IMG/VR virus record: IMGVR_UViG_3300017658_000009
Coordinates: 1-38,917 of that record
Direction: 5' to 3' (one strand)
DNA from: a virus
Lineage: Duplodnaviria > Caudoviricetes
Length of the DNA: 38,917 nt
Made by a program: the position numbers and the translations under genes
Notes under the pieces: model-generated
The model's input: only the letters and a program-made list of their open reading frames with translations
Database searches by the model: none
Told to the model about the DNA's origin: nothing
In this document: piece after piece, positions 1 through 7,304 of the stretch
Position numbering within the stretch: the stretch's first letter is position 1
Layout: every line of letters begins with the position of its first letter

Positions 1-18
1 GTCCCCTCCTTCGCACCA
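1..18 (+). repeat. attL core; 3' end of a tRNA gene (probably tRNA-Leu)
   Basis: GTCCCCTCCTTCGCACCA is identical to 38900-38917. It reads as T-stem 3' strand + acceptor strand CCTTCGC + discriminator A + CCA, implying a 5' end GCGAAGG as in Leu tRNAs. The rest of the tRNA is outside the window. Confidence 0.9.
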
Positions 19-63
19 CTTATTGCCTGACACTGTTTTGGCGTTACGCCAACATTGTCATAC

Positions 64-101
64 AACCCCCGAGGATTCGAGTGCCTCGGGGGTTTTCTTT
101 T
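64..101 (+). terminator. Intrinsic terminator downstream of the tRNA 3' end
   Basis: AACCCCCGAGG-9 nt loop-CCTCGGGGGTT followed by TTCTTTT. Confidence 0.85.
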
Positions 102-144
102 GCCCACAACTTTGACATCTACCCATTAAATCGCCTACTTTGCT

Positions 145-173
145 ACGCCAAATCCACGCCAGGATTTACGCCA
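145..173 (+). promoter_or_regulatory. Putative integrase arm-type sites, left (3x ACGCCA)
   Basis: ACGCCA at 145, 156, 168; the same triplet recurs near attR. Confidence 0.6.
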
Positions 174-180
174 GAAGGGG

Positions 181-1176
181 GTGAAAATGGGGACTTTCCG
201 CAAGCGCGGGGACACATGGCGCGCCGAAATCAGCAAGGGCGGCGCCCGGGAGAGCAAGACCTTTGCCACGAAGCGGGAGGCCCAGGAGTGGGCGGCCGCC
301 CGGGAATCGGAGCTTGCCACGGCAGCCGTGGGCGGGATCATCGTGAAAGCGCTCGCCCAGGTCCTGGAGAAGTACCGGGACGAGGTATCTCCCAACAACA
401 AGGGACACCGCTGGGAACGAGTCCGGATCGATCGGTTCCTGAAGGACGAGCCCGAGCTGTGTGCCAAACCGATCCACACTGTGACCACGGGCGATCTGGC
501 GGCCTGGCGCGACAAGCGGCTAGGGCAGGTGCAGCCCACGTCTGTCCGGCGCGACATCGCGCTGCTGCGTGCCGCCTGGGGCTACGCCAGGAAGGAATGG
601 CACAACCTGAAGGAAGACGCCTGGCTGGCGCTGACCATGCCGTCCAAGGGGCGTCATCGGGAGCGGATTTATACCCAGGAAGAAATCGACCGGATTGTTC
701 TGGCCCTGGGCTGGGAAGAGGGTAAGCCGGTCGAGGATAAGCGCCACCAGACCGCCGTGGCCTTCCTGCTGTCCCTGGAAACGGCGATGCGCTCGGGTGA
801 ACTGCTCTCCCTGGAGCGTTCTCAGGTCGACCTGAAACAGCAGGTAGCCCAACTGGACCAGACCAAGAACGGCGACCGGCGCGCAGTGCCACTGTCGAAG
901 CGCGCGGTGTCCCTGTTCAAGGTGCTGGAGGGCGTAGACCAGGTGCGCATGTTCACCCTGACCGGCGCGCTGCGCGATGTCTACTTCCGCCATGCCAAGA
1001 CGCTGGCACAGGTGGAAGGCGCCACGTTCCATGACGCCCGCGCGACCGCGCTGACGCGCCTGGCGAAGAAGTTGAGCATCCTCGAGCTGGCACGGATGGT
1101 TGGCCACAGAGATCCGCGTAGCCTAATGATTTACTACCGCGAAAGTGCAGCGAATATCGCGCAGAAACTGGATTAG
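181..1176 (+). CDS. int: Tyrosine recombinase (phage integrase)
   Basis: Catalytic motifs TAMRSGE, FHDAR, GH...IYY; adjacent to att. Start may be ATG 187. Confidence 0.96.
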   Translation: MKMGTFRKRGDTWRAEISKGGARESKTFATKREAQEWAAARESELATAAVGGIIVKALAQVLEKYRDEVSPNNKGHRWERVRIDRFLKDEPELCAKPIHTVTTGDLAAWRDKRLGQVQPTSVRRDIALLRAAWGYARKEWHNLKEDAWLALTMPSKGRHRERIYTQEEIDRIVLALGWEEGKPVEDKRHQTAVAFLLSLETAMRSGELLSLERSQVDLKQQVAQLDQTKNGDRRAVPLSKRAVSLFKVLEGVDQVRMFTLTGALRDVYFRHAKTLAQVEGATFHDARATALTRLAKKLSILELARMVGHRDPRSLMIYYRESAANIAQKLD

Positions 1177-1179
1177 ATA

Positions 1180-1824
1180 ATGGATACATGGACTTCGGGA
1201 CTGGCCAGCTTCGTTGGCGCGGCACTTGCCATGGGCCTGGGAATTGCGTGGCGCAGTTACTTCGGCGAGAAGGGTAAGAACCTGGCGACCAAGCAGGATA
1301 TTGGCGCAATCACTACAAAAATTGAGGCGATTCGAACCGAGTATATGCGGGGCTTAGAAGAGTCCAAAAGCGCTTGGGCGGCTCATTCTTCGCTGTTTAC
1401 ATATAGGTACCAGCGAGAGTACGAAATTCTGCGTGAATTGTCCGAAGCCCTAGTCGAAGTGAAGAACGCAGCAAGTTTTTTTTCGACCTATCCCAACCTT
1501 CGCTTGGACCAAGAGAGCGAAGCCAGCAAGGAGTACCGAGATAAGCAGGCGCACGCCCTCACTGATTCTTTGCAACGTCTGCAATTGTTGCGCGAGCAAA
1601 GGCGCCCCTTTTATCCCCAAGAGATTTACGATACCCTCGGCCACCTTGCTAGCGCAGCTCTGCAAGAGAAAGGCTATCTCATGGTCGAGGCTTTCGGGTT
1701 GCGGCGGGGCGACTATGGCGCGCAGGCCGAAGAGAACGCTGCAGTGATATCGTCTTCGGCAGACCTTGCGATCGAGTCGATCCGCAAGCGAGTCATCGCC
1801 TGGGATAAGTTTTCGCCTTCGTGA
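1180..1824 (+). CDS. Accessory protein with N-terminal transmembrane helix, function unknown
   Basis: 214 aa, starts 3 nt after the int stop, AT-richer codons than neighbours, hydrophobic residues ~8-25. Confidence 0.8.
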   Translation: MDTWTSGLASFVGAALAMGLGIAWRSYFGEKGKNLATKQDIGAITTKIEAIRTEYMRGLEESKSAWAAHSSLFTYRYQREYEILRELSEALVEVKNAASFFSTYPNLRLDQESEASKEYRDKQAHALTDSLQRLQLLREQRRPFYPQEIYDTLGHLASAALQEKGYLMVEAFGLRRGDYGAQAEENAAVISSSADLAIESIRKRVIAWDKFSPS

Positions 1825-1831
1825 GGAAAAC

Positions 1832-2080
1832 TCAATTTCTACCCTGTCGGCGCCCGTCCGGCGCCTGCCGCTTTGACTCGATCCAGTCATCCACCTCTTC
1901 GGCCTTCCATCGGCGCACACCGCCGAATTGGAAGGGCCTGGGGAAGTCCTTGCGCTTGGTGAGCCGGTCGCGGACGTGGTCCGGGTTCAGGCATAAGCGC
2001 TCGGCGATCTCGGTGTGAGAAATGAAGCGGTCTTCCTTCGGCGCTGCGGCCGGTGCTTGGTGTTGGGCTGCGTGTGCCAT
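1832..2080 (-). CDS. xis: Excisionase / AlpA-family winged HTH
   Basis: EIAERL...FPRP..G.RRW..EEVDDW pattern; last gene of the leftward operon, convergent on int. Confidence 0.85.
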   Translation of the reverse strand: MAHAAQHQAPAAAPKEDRFISHTEIAERLCLNPDHVRDRLTKRKDFPRPFQFGGVRRWKAEEVDDWIESKRQAPDGRRQGRN

Positions 2081-2398
2081 TCAACTCTCCTTCTTCAGTT
2101 CTTCCAGCAGCGCCATCGCATCCGCATAGGCCCGGCTGGCGCGCATTTCGTCGATCTGGGCGGCGCCGAGGGTTTCGGCGCACTCGCGGAGCTGGGCGGC
2201 TAGGCGCTCCTCTGATGCGCGCAGGTTCCACGCTTTGACGGCGCTTTCCTCGCTGTAGTGACCGACGAATCTGCTTCCCATCTGCGCGCCGCAGCGATCA
2301 CGGCAATGCACCGAATGACGGCGGATGTCATCGTCGCCGGTCTTGTAGGTCGCAAACGCCTCGGAGCCGCAGAACGGGCAAGGTTTCAGCTCATTCAT
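2081..2398 (-). CDS. lar: Lar-family restriction alleviation protein
   Basis: MNELKPCPFCG...C...CGA...AVKAWN signature; ATG 2398 overlaps the upstream gene end. Confidence 0.8.
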   Translation of the reverse strand: MNELKPCPFCGSEAFATYKTGDDDIRRHSVHCRDRCGAQMGSRFVGHYSEESAVKAWNLRASEERLAAQLRECAETLGAAQIDEMRASRAYADAMALLEELKKES

Positions 2399-2747
2399 AT
2401 ACGGCGCCTCCGTCCTTGTGGTCGGGGTGGGCCTTGGGTACGCGCCCGCGCTTATATGCGGCCAGCGCCAATTCAATCTCCGCCTTATTCAGGCTGTCAG
2501 GATCGCGTTCAGTTTGTTCGCGGTACAGCCACGTTTCGAACTCAGCACTCGCATCGATGCCCGTGGCGGCACGACGTTCGGCGGTGGCCTCTGGCATGCG
2601 TTTGATGGCGAATCCGACGGGCTTGCCGTCCTCGGAGACGATCACCATGTCATGCACGAGGCCGCAGTCGCAGCAGGCGAAGCGGAACGGCTCGTTGCTT
2701 TCCAGCTCGACGCCTTCGCCATCGGTCAGAGTGTGGAAATCAAGCAT
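2391..2747 (-). CDS. Hypothetical phage protein with CCDCGLVH motif
   Basis: ATG 2747 preceded by GGAG; overlaps both neighbours. Confidence 0.7.
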   Translation of the reverse strand: MLDFHTLTDGEGVELESNEPFRFACCDCGLVHDMVIVSEDGKPVGFAIKRMPEATAERRAATGIDASAEFETWLYREQTERDPDSLNKAEIELALAAYKRGRVPKAHPDHKDGGAVYE

Positions 2748-3081
2748 CTTTTTGCTCCCTATTCTGGGCAATCGCGGCCGCAGTCCGGACAATGGCGCGA
2801 CGGGTGGCGGAGTTGTCACAGTCCTTGAAGAGTTCGATTGGCTGGGGTGGGATATCTCCATGCTCAGCTTCCACCCCGGTTCCCCAAAAATAGATATCGA
2901 TCCGCAGCTTCGTTGCCAGCCTCAGCGCGTCGCCATCGTCGTCGAGCGGATTCCACAGCCGATTGGACGGCAGGATGAAGCCTTCGCCGCTACTGTGGAC
3001 CTCCCGTCCGTCATTCCAGTACACCGTTTCGATTGCAGCCGCCTTCGCCGCCAGCTCCAGCAACTCGCGGTCACTTTGCAT
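2740..3081 (-). CDS. Hypothetical phage protein
   Basis: MQSDRELLELAAKAA...WNPL.D.GDALRLA...ATRRAIVR, a pattern typical of small phage early proteins; GGAGG RBS. Confidence 0.8.
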   Translation of the reverse strand: MQSDRELLELAAKAAAIETVYWNDGREVHSSGEGFILPSNRLWNPLDDDGDALRLATKLRIDIYFWGTGVEAEHGDIPPQPIELFKDCDNSATRRAIVRTAAAIAQNREQKDA

Positions 3082-4141
3082 CGCCGCCTCCGCTCTTCTG
3101 CGCGCCCGGTTGCGCGGACAGGGCGGCGCGCCAGCCATGCAGGAAGAATCCGCGATAGTTGAATGCTTCAGCAGCCGTCCAGCCTCCGGTCCCGACATGC
3201 TTCCGGCATGCTTGCCACGCCGCCTCGCGTGTCGCCTCCGAATTCCACCCTGCAAGCGCATCGCGCACCGCCTCGCTGGCCTGGGGCGCGGCATGGTATT
3301 GGTAGACCGTGGCCCCGGCCTGTCTGGCGCGGTCAGCCTCGTCGTGACGCAAGGTGATTTGCCCGTGCAGGCCGTGATTTATCCACCAGATAGGTGTCGG
3401 CATATCACTGGGCGCCTCCACGGCTACAGTGCTGGCCTGGGGCGCGGCACCAAGGACGGCCAGCACCAGCCCGACGGCGTTATCCAGCGTGCTTTCGTCG
3501 CAGAAGTTGGCCAGCGCTTTATCCACCTCGGGCAGTTCGGCGATGCGCAGGGCATTTTGCCAACCCGCTGGGCGCGCCTCCGCGGCTACAGGGGCGCTTT
3601 CCGGGGCGGCGCCACCGGCCATCGCCAGCAGGCGTTCGGCCAAGTCTTCCATGATGTTGCGCATGTCGCTTGCATCCTGGTTCATCGCCGTGTGCGCCAT
3701 CATGCCCAGGCGGTTCAGCTCGTCGCGGATATCTGCTACAGGGGCGCTTGCCGCCATATCGCCAGGTTCGCGGGGAATGAATTTCCCGCAGTCCCGGCAG
3801 TGCCAGACATAGGCCGCAGCGTTGGCAACCTTGTTCTTGTGGGCGCATCCCCAGCCGGCTACAGGGGCGCTTGCAAGGGCGGCGCGGCCGGCTTTCCACA
3901 TACGCCACGCCGTTTCGCGGACGGTGATGGGGCGGTCGCAAATCGCCTCATATCGCTCATTGAATGCCGCCCGATCATCGCCCGCCTGCACGCCCTCCGC
4001 GCGCAGCTTGGATAGAAGGGCGGATTCAATGGCGCGGGCAAAGGGAATCGGCCCGAGGAAGCCACCGCCGAGGCTGTCCCTGATGGCCTTTATTTCGTCA
4101 TCCGTCAGCCCAGGCTGGGCGGCGTTGTTCTGGTTGGTCAT
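3071..4141 (-). CDS. Mosaic early protein with repeated SAPVA / AAPQAS linkers
   Basis: 356 aa, ATGA-coupled to the upstream ORF, internal exact DNA repeats. Confidence 0.8.
   Translation of the reverse strand: MTNQNNAAQPGLTDDEIKAIRDSLGGGFLGPIPFARAIESALLSKLRAEGVQAGDDRAAFNERYEAICDRPITVRETAWRMWKAGRAALASAPVAGWGCAHKNKVANAAAYVWHCRDCGKFIPREPGDMAASAPVADIRDELNRLGMMAHTAMNQDASDMRNIMEDLAERLLAMAGGAAPESAPVAAEARPAGWQNALRIAELPEVDKALANFCDESTLDNAVGLVLAVLGAAPQASTVAVEAPSDMPTPIWWINHGLHGQITLRHDEADRARQAGATVYQYHAAPQASEAVRDALAGWNSEATREAAWQACRKHVGTGGWTAAEAFNYRGFFLHGWRAALSAQPGAQKSGGGDAK
3275..3448. repeat. 18-bp direct repeat x2 (GCTGGCCTGGGGCGCGGC at 3275 and 3431)
   Basis: Exact match; encodes AAPQAS on the minus strand. 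Confidence 0.85.
3585..3872. repeat. 15-bp direct repeat x3 (GCTACAGGGGCGCTT at 3585, 3735, 3858)
   Basis: Exact match; encodes SAPVA on the minus strand. Confidence 0.88.
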
Positions 4142-5055
4142 GCTGCCTCCTTAGATTCGGCCGCTGAGAAGATGGAATGCTGCTGCTGCCACTCGCGGAA
4201 CCTGGCCGTTTCCAAGGGCGGTAATTCGGTCCACCCGATGGGCCACCCCATCAGCCACTCGACCCATTCCGGGTTCAGCAGGCCAGCCTCTTCCAAACGG
4301 ATCGCCGCTGGCAGACCGTTCCGGGGATTGGTCGCGTCGAAGTTCCCGCGTTTCAGGGCGTCGTTCGCTTTGGGGGTGGGAAACATCCGGGCTGATACGG
4401 CCTCGATGAGCGTGCCGCCCTCCCGTCCCTTGCGCGGCGTTATACGGCCGCCCTTGGTTCCGAGAGATGCCGTAGGCGTTGGCCATAGCTTCACCTCCGC
4501 GCTCAACTTCGGCTCGCCGCGGCTGTTCCACTTCCCGGCCTTCCGCTCCACGGCATCGTCCGCTACTGGCGTCTGCCACAACCCAGATCCGGTCGCGTTC
4601 GTGAAACGCGGATAGGTGATGGGCTCCCACAACACCCCAGCGCGCGTCATACCCCATTTCGGTAAGGTGACCGAGGACCATGGCAAGGCCTCGTCCCACA
4701 AGCAAAGGTGAGTTCTCCAAGTAGACGCAGACGGGTCGTACTTCACCGATGATTCGAGCCATTTGCCGCCATAGGCCGGAGCGCTCGCCATCAATTCCTG
4801 CGCCGGCGCCGGCGGCGCTGATGTCCTGGCAGGGAAACCCGCCAGATACCACGTCAACAATGCCGCGCCACGGCCTTCCGTCAAAACTGCACACGTCAGA
4901 CCAAATCGGGAAAGGTCGGAGGGTTCGATCGTTTTGTCTTGCCGCGAGAACTTGTGCTGCGTAGGCATCACGTTCAACTGCGCAGACGGTTCGCCATCCG
5001 AGCAGGTGACCGCCGAGAATTCCTCCACCAGCGCCTGCGAAAAGAGCCAGCTCAT
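4138..5055 (-). CDS. Overlapping +1-frame polypeptide, putative methyltransferase beta subunit (motif IX, TRD-like repeats)
   Basis: 305 aa, ATGA-coupled at both ends; WQTP/WPTP/FPTP repeats and LNPEWVEWLMGWP (motif IX-like). Confidence 0.75.
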   Translation of the reverse strand: MSWLFSQALVEEFSAVTCSDGEPSAQLNVMPTQHKFSRQDKTIEPSDLSRFGLTCAVLTEGRGAALLTWYLAGFPARTSAPPAPAQELMASAPAYGGKWLESSVKYDPSASTWRTHLCLWDEALPWSSVTLPKWGMTRAGVLWEPITYPRFTNATGSGLWQTPVADDAVERKAGKWNSRGEPKLSAEVKLWPTPTASLGTKGGRITPRKGREGGTLIEAVSARMFPTPKANDALKRGNFDATNPRNGLPAAIRLEEAGLLNPEWVEWLMGWPIGWTELPPLETARFREWQQQHSIFSAAESKEAA

Positions 5056-5059
5056 TCAC
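4151..5059 (-). CDS. C5 DNA cytosine methyltransferase, alpha frame (motifs I-VIII and X)
   Basis: GTG 5059 after GGAGGGG; LFAGAGG (I), GGFPCQDIS (IV), YLENS (VI), HERDRIW (VIII), ALGNGQV (X). Confidence 0.9.
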   Translation of the reverse strand: MNELALFAGAGGGILGGHLLGWRTVCAVERDAYAAQVLAARQNDRTLRPFPIWSDVCSFDGRPWRGIVDVVSGGFPCQDISAAGAGAGIDGERSGLWRQMARIIGEVRPVCVYLENSPLLVGRGLAMVLGHLTEMGYDARWGVVGAHHLSAFHERDRIWVVADASSGRCRGAEGREVEQPRRAEVERGGEAMANAYGISRNQGRPYNAAQGTGGRHAHRGRISPDVSHPQSERRPETRELRRDQSPERSASGDPFGRGWPAEPGMGRVADGVAHRVDRITALGNGQVPRVAAAAFHLLSGRI

Positions 5060-5546
5060 TGTCCCCTCCCTGCTGGGAGGCGGCATTCTTCTCGCGCAGG
5101 CGCTTCTCGATGCTTTCGACGACCGAGTACAGCGGCGCGACGAAGTCGGTGCCGTAGTCCACCAGCTCGCCCACATAGCCGTCGCGCTCTGCGTCCGTCA
5201 GCCCTTGCCATGCCCGCGCATCGCCAGCAGCGGGAGCCGGCACCTCATGCACCCCGTGGTAGACGCAGCTCGATCCCTGGTACACGCCTACGCTCACGCC
5301 GCGAGGGTCGGGGTCGACAGTGACGGTGTAGGTGGGTTGTTCGGTAGGGGAACCTGGGGCGGCGGGGAGGGGCATCCAGTGCGTGGGCTGATAGACAAAC
5401 GGCGGTAGATTCCCGTCCATCCTCCAATCGCCAAAGCCGTAGAACTGACCAGAACATGGCGCATCGAAATGTCGATTCCACAGTAGTACGCGGCTGCCAT
5501 CCTTCGGCGCGCTGGCGATGTCCAGCCATCCATTGTTCGTGTTCAT
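5052..5546 (-). CDS. DUF551-like phage protein with C-terminal extension
   Basis: W.DIASAPKDG..VLLW...PTHWMPLP..P motif. Confidence 0.8.
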   Translation of the reverse strand: MNTNNGWLDIASAPKDGSRVLLWNRHFDAPCSGQFYGFGDWRMDGNLPPFVYQPTHWMPLPAAPGSPTEQPTYTVTVDPDPRGVSVGVYQGSSCVYHGVHEVPAPAAGDARAWQGLTDAERDGYVGELVDYGTDFVAPLYSVVESIEKRLREKNAASQQGGDSE

Positions 5547-5598
5547 GCTCTCAGGCTCCGGTGTAAGTTACGATTGACGGCTCAAAGGAGGGGACTAC

Positions 5599-5820
5599 AT
5601 GGACATGTGTTCGGATTGCCAATCGATAGAGACGCACAAGCGTTCTGCGTCTGGCCACCTCAATCTGCGCCATCAGGGCTACGACAAAGCGAAGTCCTAC
5701 AAGCCGCTGGGTCAGGCGGGCGTCGCTATTGAGATCTTCAAATGTGAGAGTTGCGGCACCTTGTGGGAATACGAGGACGACAAGAACGACCAGCATGTTG
5801 GGTGGCGATTGCGGCGCTAG
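5599..5820 (+). CDS. Small putative zinc-ribbon protein, inverted moron
   Basis: 73 aa, CSDC and CESC pairs, strong RBS AAAGGAGGGG, exactly fills a gap in the leftward operon. Confidence 0.75.
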   Translation: MDMCSDCQSIETHKRSASGHLNLRHQGYDKAKSYKPLGQAGVAIEIFKCESCGTLWEYEDDKNDQHVGWRLRR

Positions 5821-5822
5821 AT

Positions 5823-6314
5823 TCACGGGCAGCCCCCCATTTCGGCCAATATCTGGGTTTGACGCAGCAGGTCGGATGCGTCGTCTTGGGTGAGTCCGGC
5901 GCCGATGCGGCGAAGGTTGGGTATCTCGCGTTTCAGGGCGGCCATCAGCGGCCCGTCGATGGGCATGCTGGCCTCAAGGCGCGCAGCGAGCTGGCGCAGT
6001 GCCGTGGCCATGAAGGCGTAGCCGTGGCGCACCGCCCACATATCGAAGAAGTCAGCCATGCCCGCGATAGCCGGCGCGCTGGCGTACCACTCGCCGTCCG
6101 CGACGCAGTGGAAGACCGGCACGCCGCGCGCGTCGATGGTCACCGTGCCGTCGCGCTCGATCTGGTCGATGATGGCTTCCAGCGGCGCCAGGGTCTGCTG
6201 GGTCTTGATGAGCATGGGCAGGCGGGCCGGGCGCTCATGGCGGCGCGTGGCGCGCACGCGGGCCTGCTGCTTTTCCATCATGCGGCGCTGCTGGCGGTTC
6301 ATGGCGGGGATCAT
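5823..6314 (-). CDS. Hypothetical phage protein
   Basis: 163 aa, high-GC3 codons, operon context. Confidence 0.8.
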   Translation of the reverse strand: MIPAMNRQQRRMMEKQQARVRATRRHERPARLPMLIKTQQTLAPLEAIIDQIERDGTVTIDARGVPVFHCVADGEWYASAPAIAGMADFFDMWAVRHGYAFMATALRQLAARLEASMPIDGPLMAALKREIPNLRRIGAGLTQDDASDLLRQTQILAEMGGCP

Positions 6315-6390
6315 GGCGTTCTCGGTATAGGTGGCCGGCGGGCAGCGTGGGGCGGACGCGAGGGTCCCGCCGCCGCACCGGCCGAAAGGG

Positions 6391-6909
6391 TTATTCCAGG
6401 GTCAGGCCCAGGCTCTGCTGCTTGTCGACGGCGGGCGTGACGCTGATGTCCACCTCACCGCCCAGCACCTCGTACAGGCGCTTGATCTGTTCGCCGGTGG
6501 GGTTGCACTTGACGCGAAAGCCGTAGCGCGCGCTGCCGCCTTCCATCAGCTCTACGCTGAAGTGGTCGACGTCGGCCGTCTCGAAGTCGATATCCGACGC
6601 ACCGCCCAGGCCGAAGCCGATCACGACACGTGCACCCTTCAGCTCATGCTTGAGGCGCAAGGCGCCGATCAGGTCGCCGAAGACGCGCACGGTCGGCTCC
6701 GCTGGGGCTTCGTCGAATCCGGGCAGATCCGGATGCTCGTCGGCCTTGTAGAGCGCGTGGCGCAGCCGCGGGTGGAACTCCGACAGCAGGCCGTTGCTGT
6801 CCGTGAAGGCAATCTTCAGATCCGCGCCGCCGACCTTCTCGTCGCCGTGGTTCTCGGGGCGCACGTTCAGGTGTGCCAATGTCACTTTCTGGGATTCGAG
6901 AGAAAACAT
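6391..6909 (-). CDS. Hypothetical phage protein
   Basis: 172 aa, AGGA RBS, high-GC3 codons. Confidence 0.85.
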   Translation of the reverse strand: MFSLESQKVTLAHLNVRPENHGDEKVGGADLKIAFTDSNGLLSEFHPRLRHALYKADEHPDLPGFDEAPAEPTVRVFGDLIGALRLKHELKGARVVIGFGLGGASDIDFETADVDHFSVELMEGGSARYGFRVKCNPTGEQIKRLYEVLGGEVDISVTPAVDKQQSLGLTLE

Positions 6910-6938
6910 GGGTTTGGTGTCCTGGTGGTGGGCGATAG

Positions 6939-7271
6939 TTACGGCAGGGCGAGACGCTTGGTCGCGCTCTCGATGGAGAGCGTCAGGGAGCGCACGCGGT
7001 GGGTGTGTTCCTGCACGATCCGAGCAAGCTGCGTATCAGGCTGCGGATCGGGAGCCATGCCGCCGGCAACACTCTGGTTTTGCACGGAAACAAGTACGGG
7101 TTCAAGCCGCCCGACCAACTCCTGAGCGATGAATTCGCACTTGGAAATGGCCACGTTCAGAGCATCGACGGCGGCGAAGATTTCGCCTTCGGTCCTCTGG
7201 ACATTGCCGAGCGACGAAGCCATGGACGGCTGGGGGGCCTGGGCGAACTGCCCGATCTGGTTGTGGTTCAT
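6939..7271 (-). CDS. Hypothetical protein, predicted helical
   Basis: 110 aa, GGAG RBS, operon context. Confidence 0.7.
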   Translation of the reverse strand: MNHNQIGQFAQAPQPSMASSLGNVQRTEGEIFAAVDALNVAISKCEFIAQELVGRLEPVLVSVQNQSVAGGMAPDPQPDTQLARIVQEHTHRVRSLTLSIESATKRLALP

Positions 7272-7304
7272 GGATTGCTCCGTAGGTTGTGCTGCTGGGA
7301 AGGG

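Noticed and set aside
1-18. Complete tRNA gene
   Set aside because: Only the last 18 nt are in the window; the anticodon cannot be read
3275-3872. CRISPR-like array (short repeats with unique spacers)
   Set aside because: Repeats are 15-18 bp, spacers exceed 100 bp, all lie in frame in a CDS, and there are no cas genes
4138-5059. Methyltransferase pseudogene or sequencing frameshift; restriction-modification system
   Set aside because: Both frames are open end to end with coupled starts and stops, which argues against decay; no cognate restriction endonuclease is adjacent
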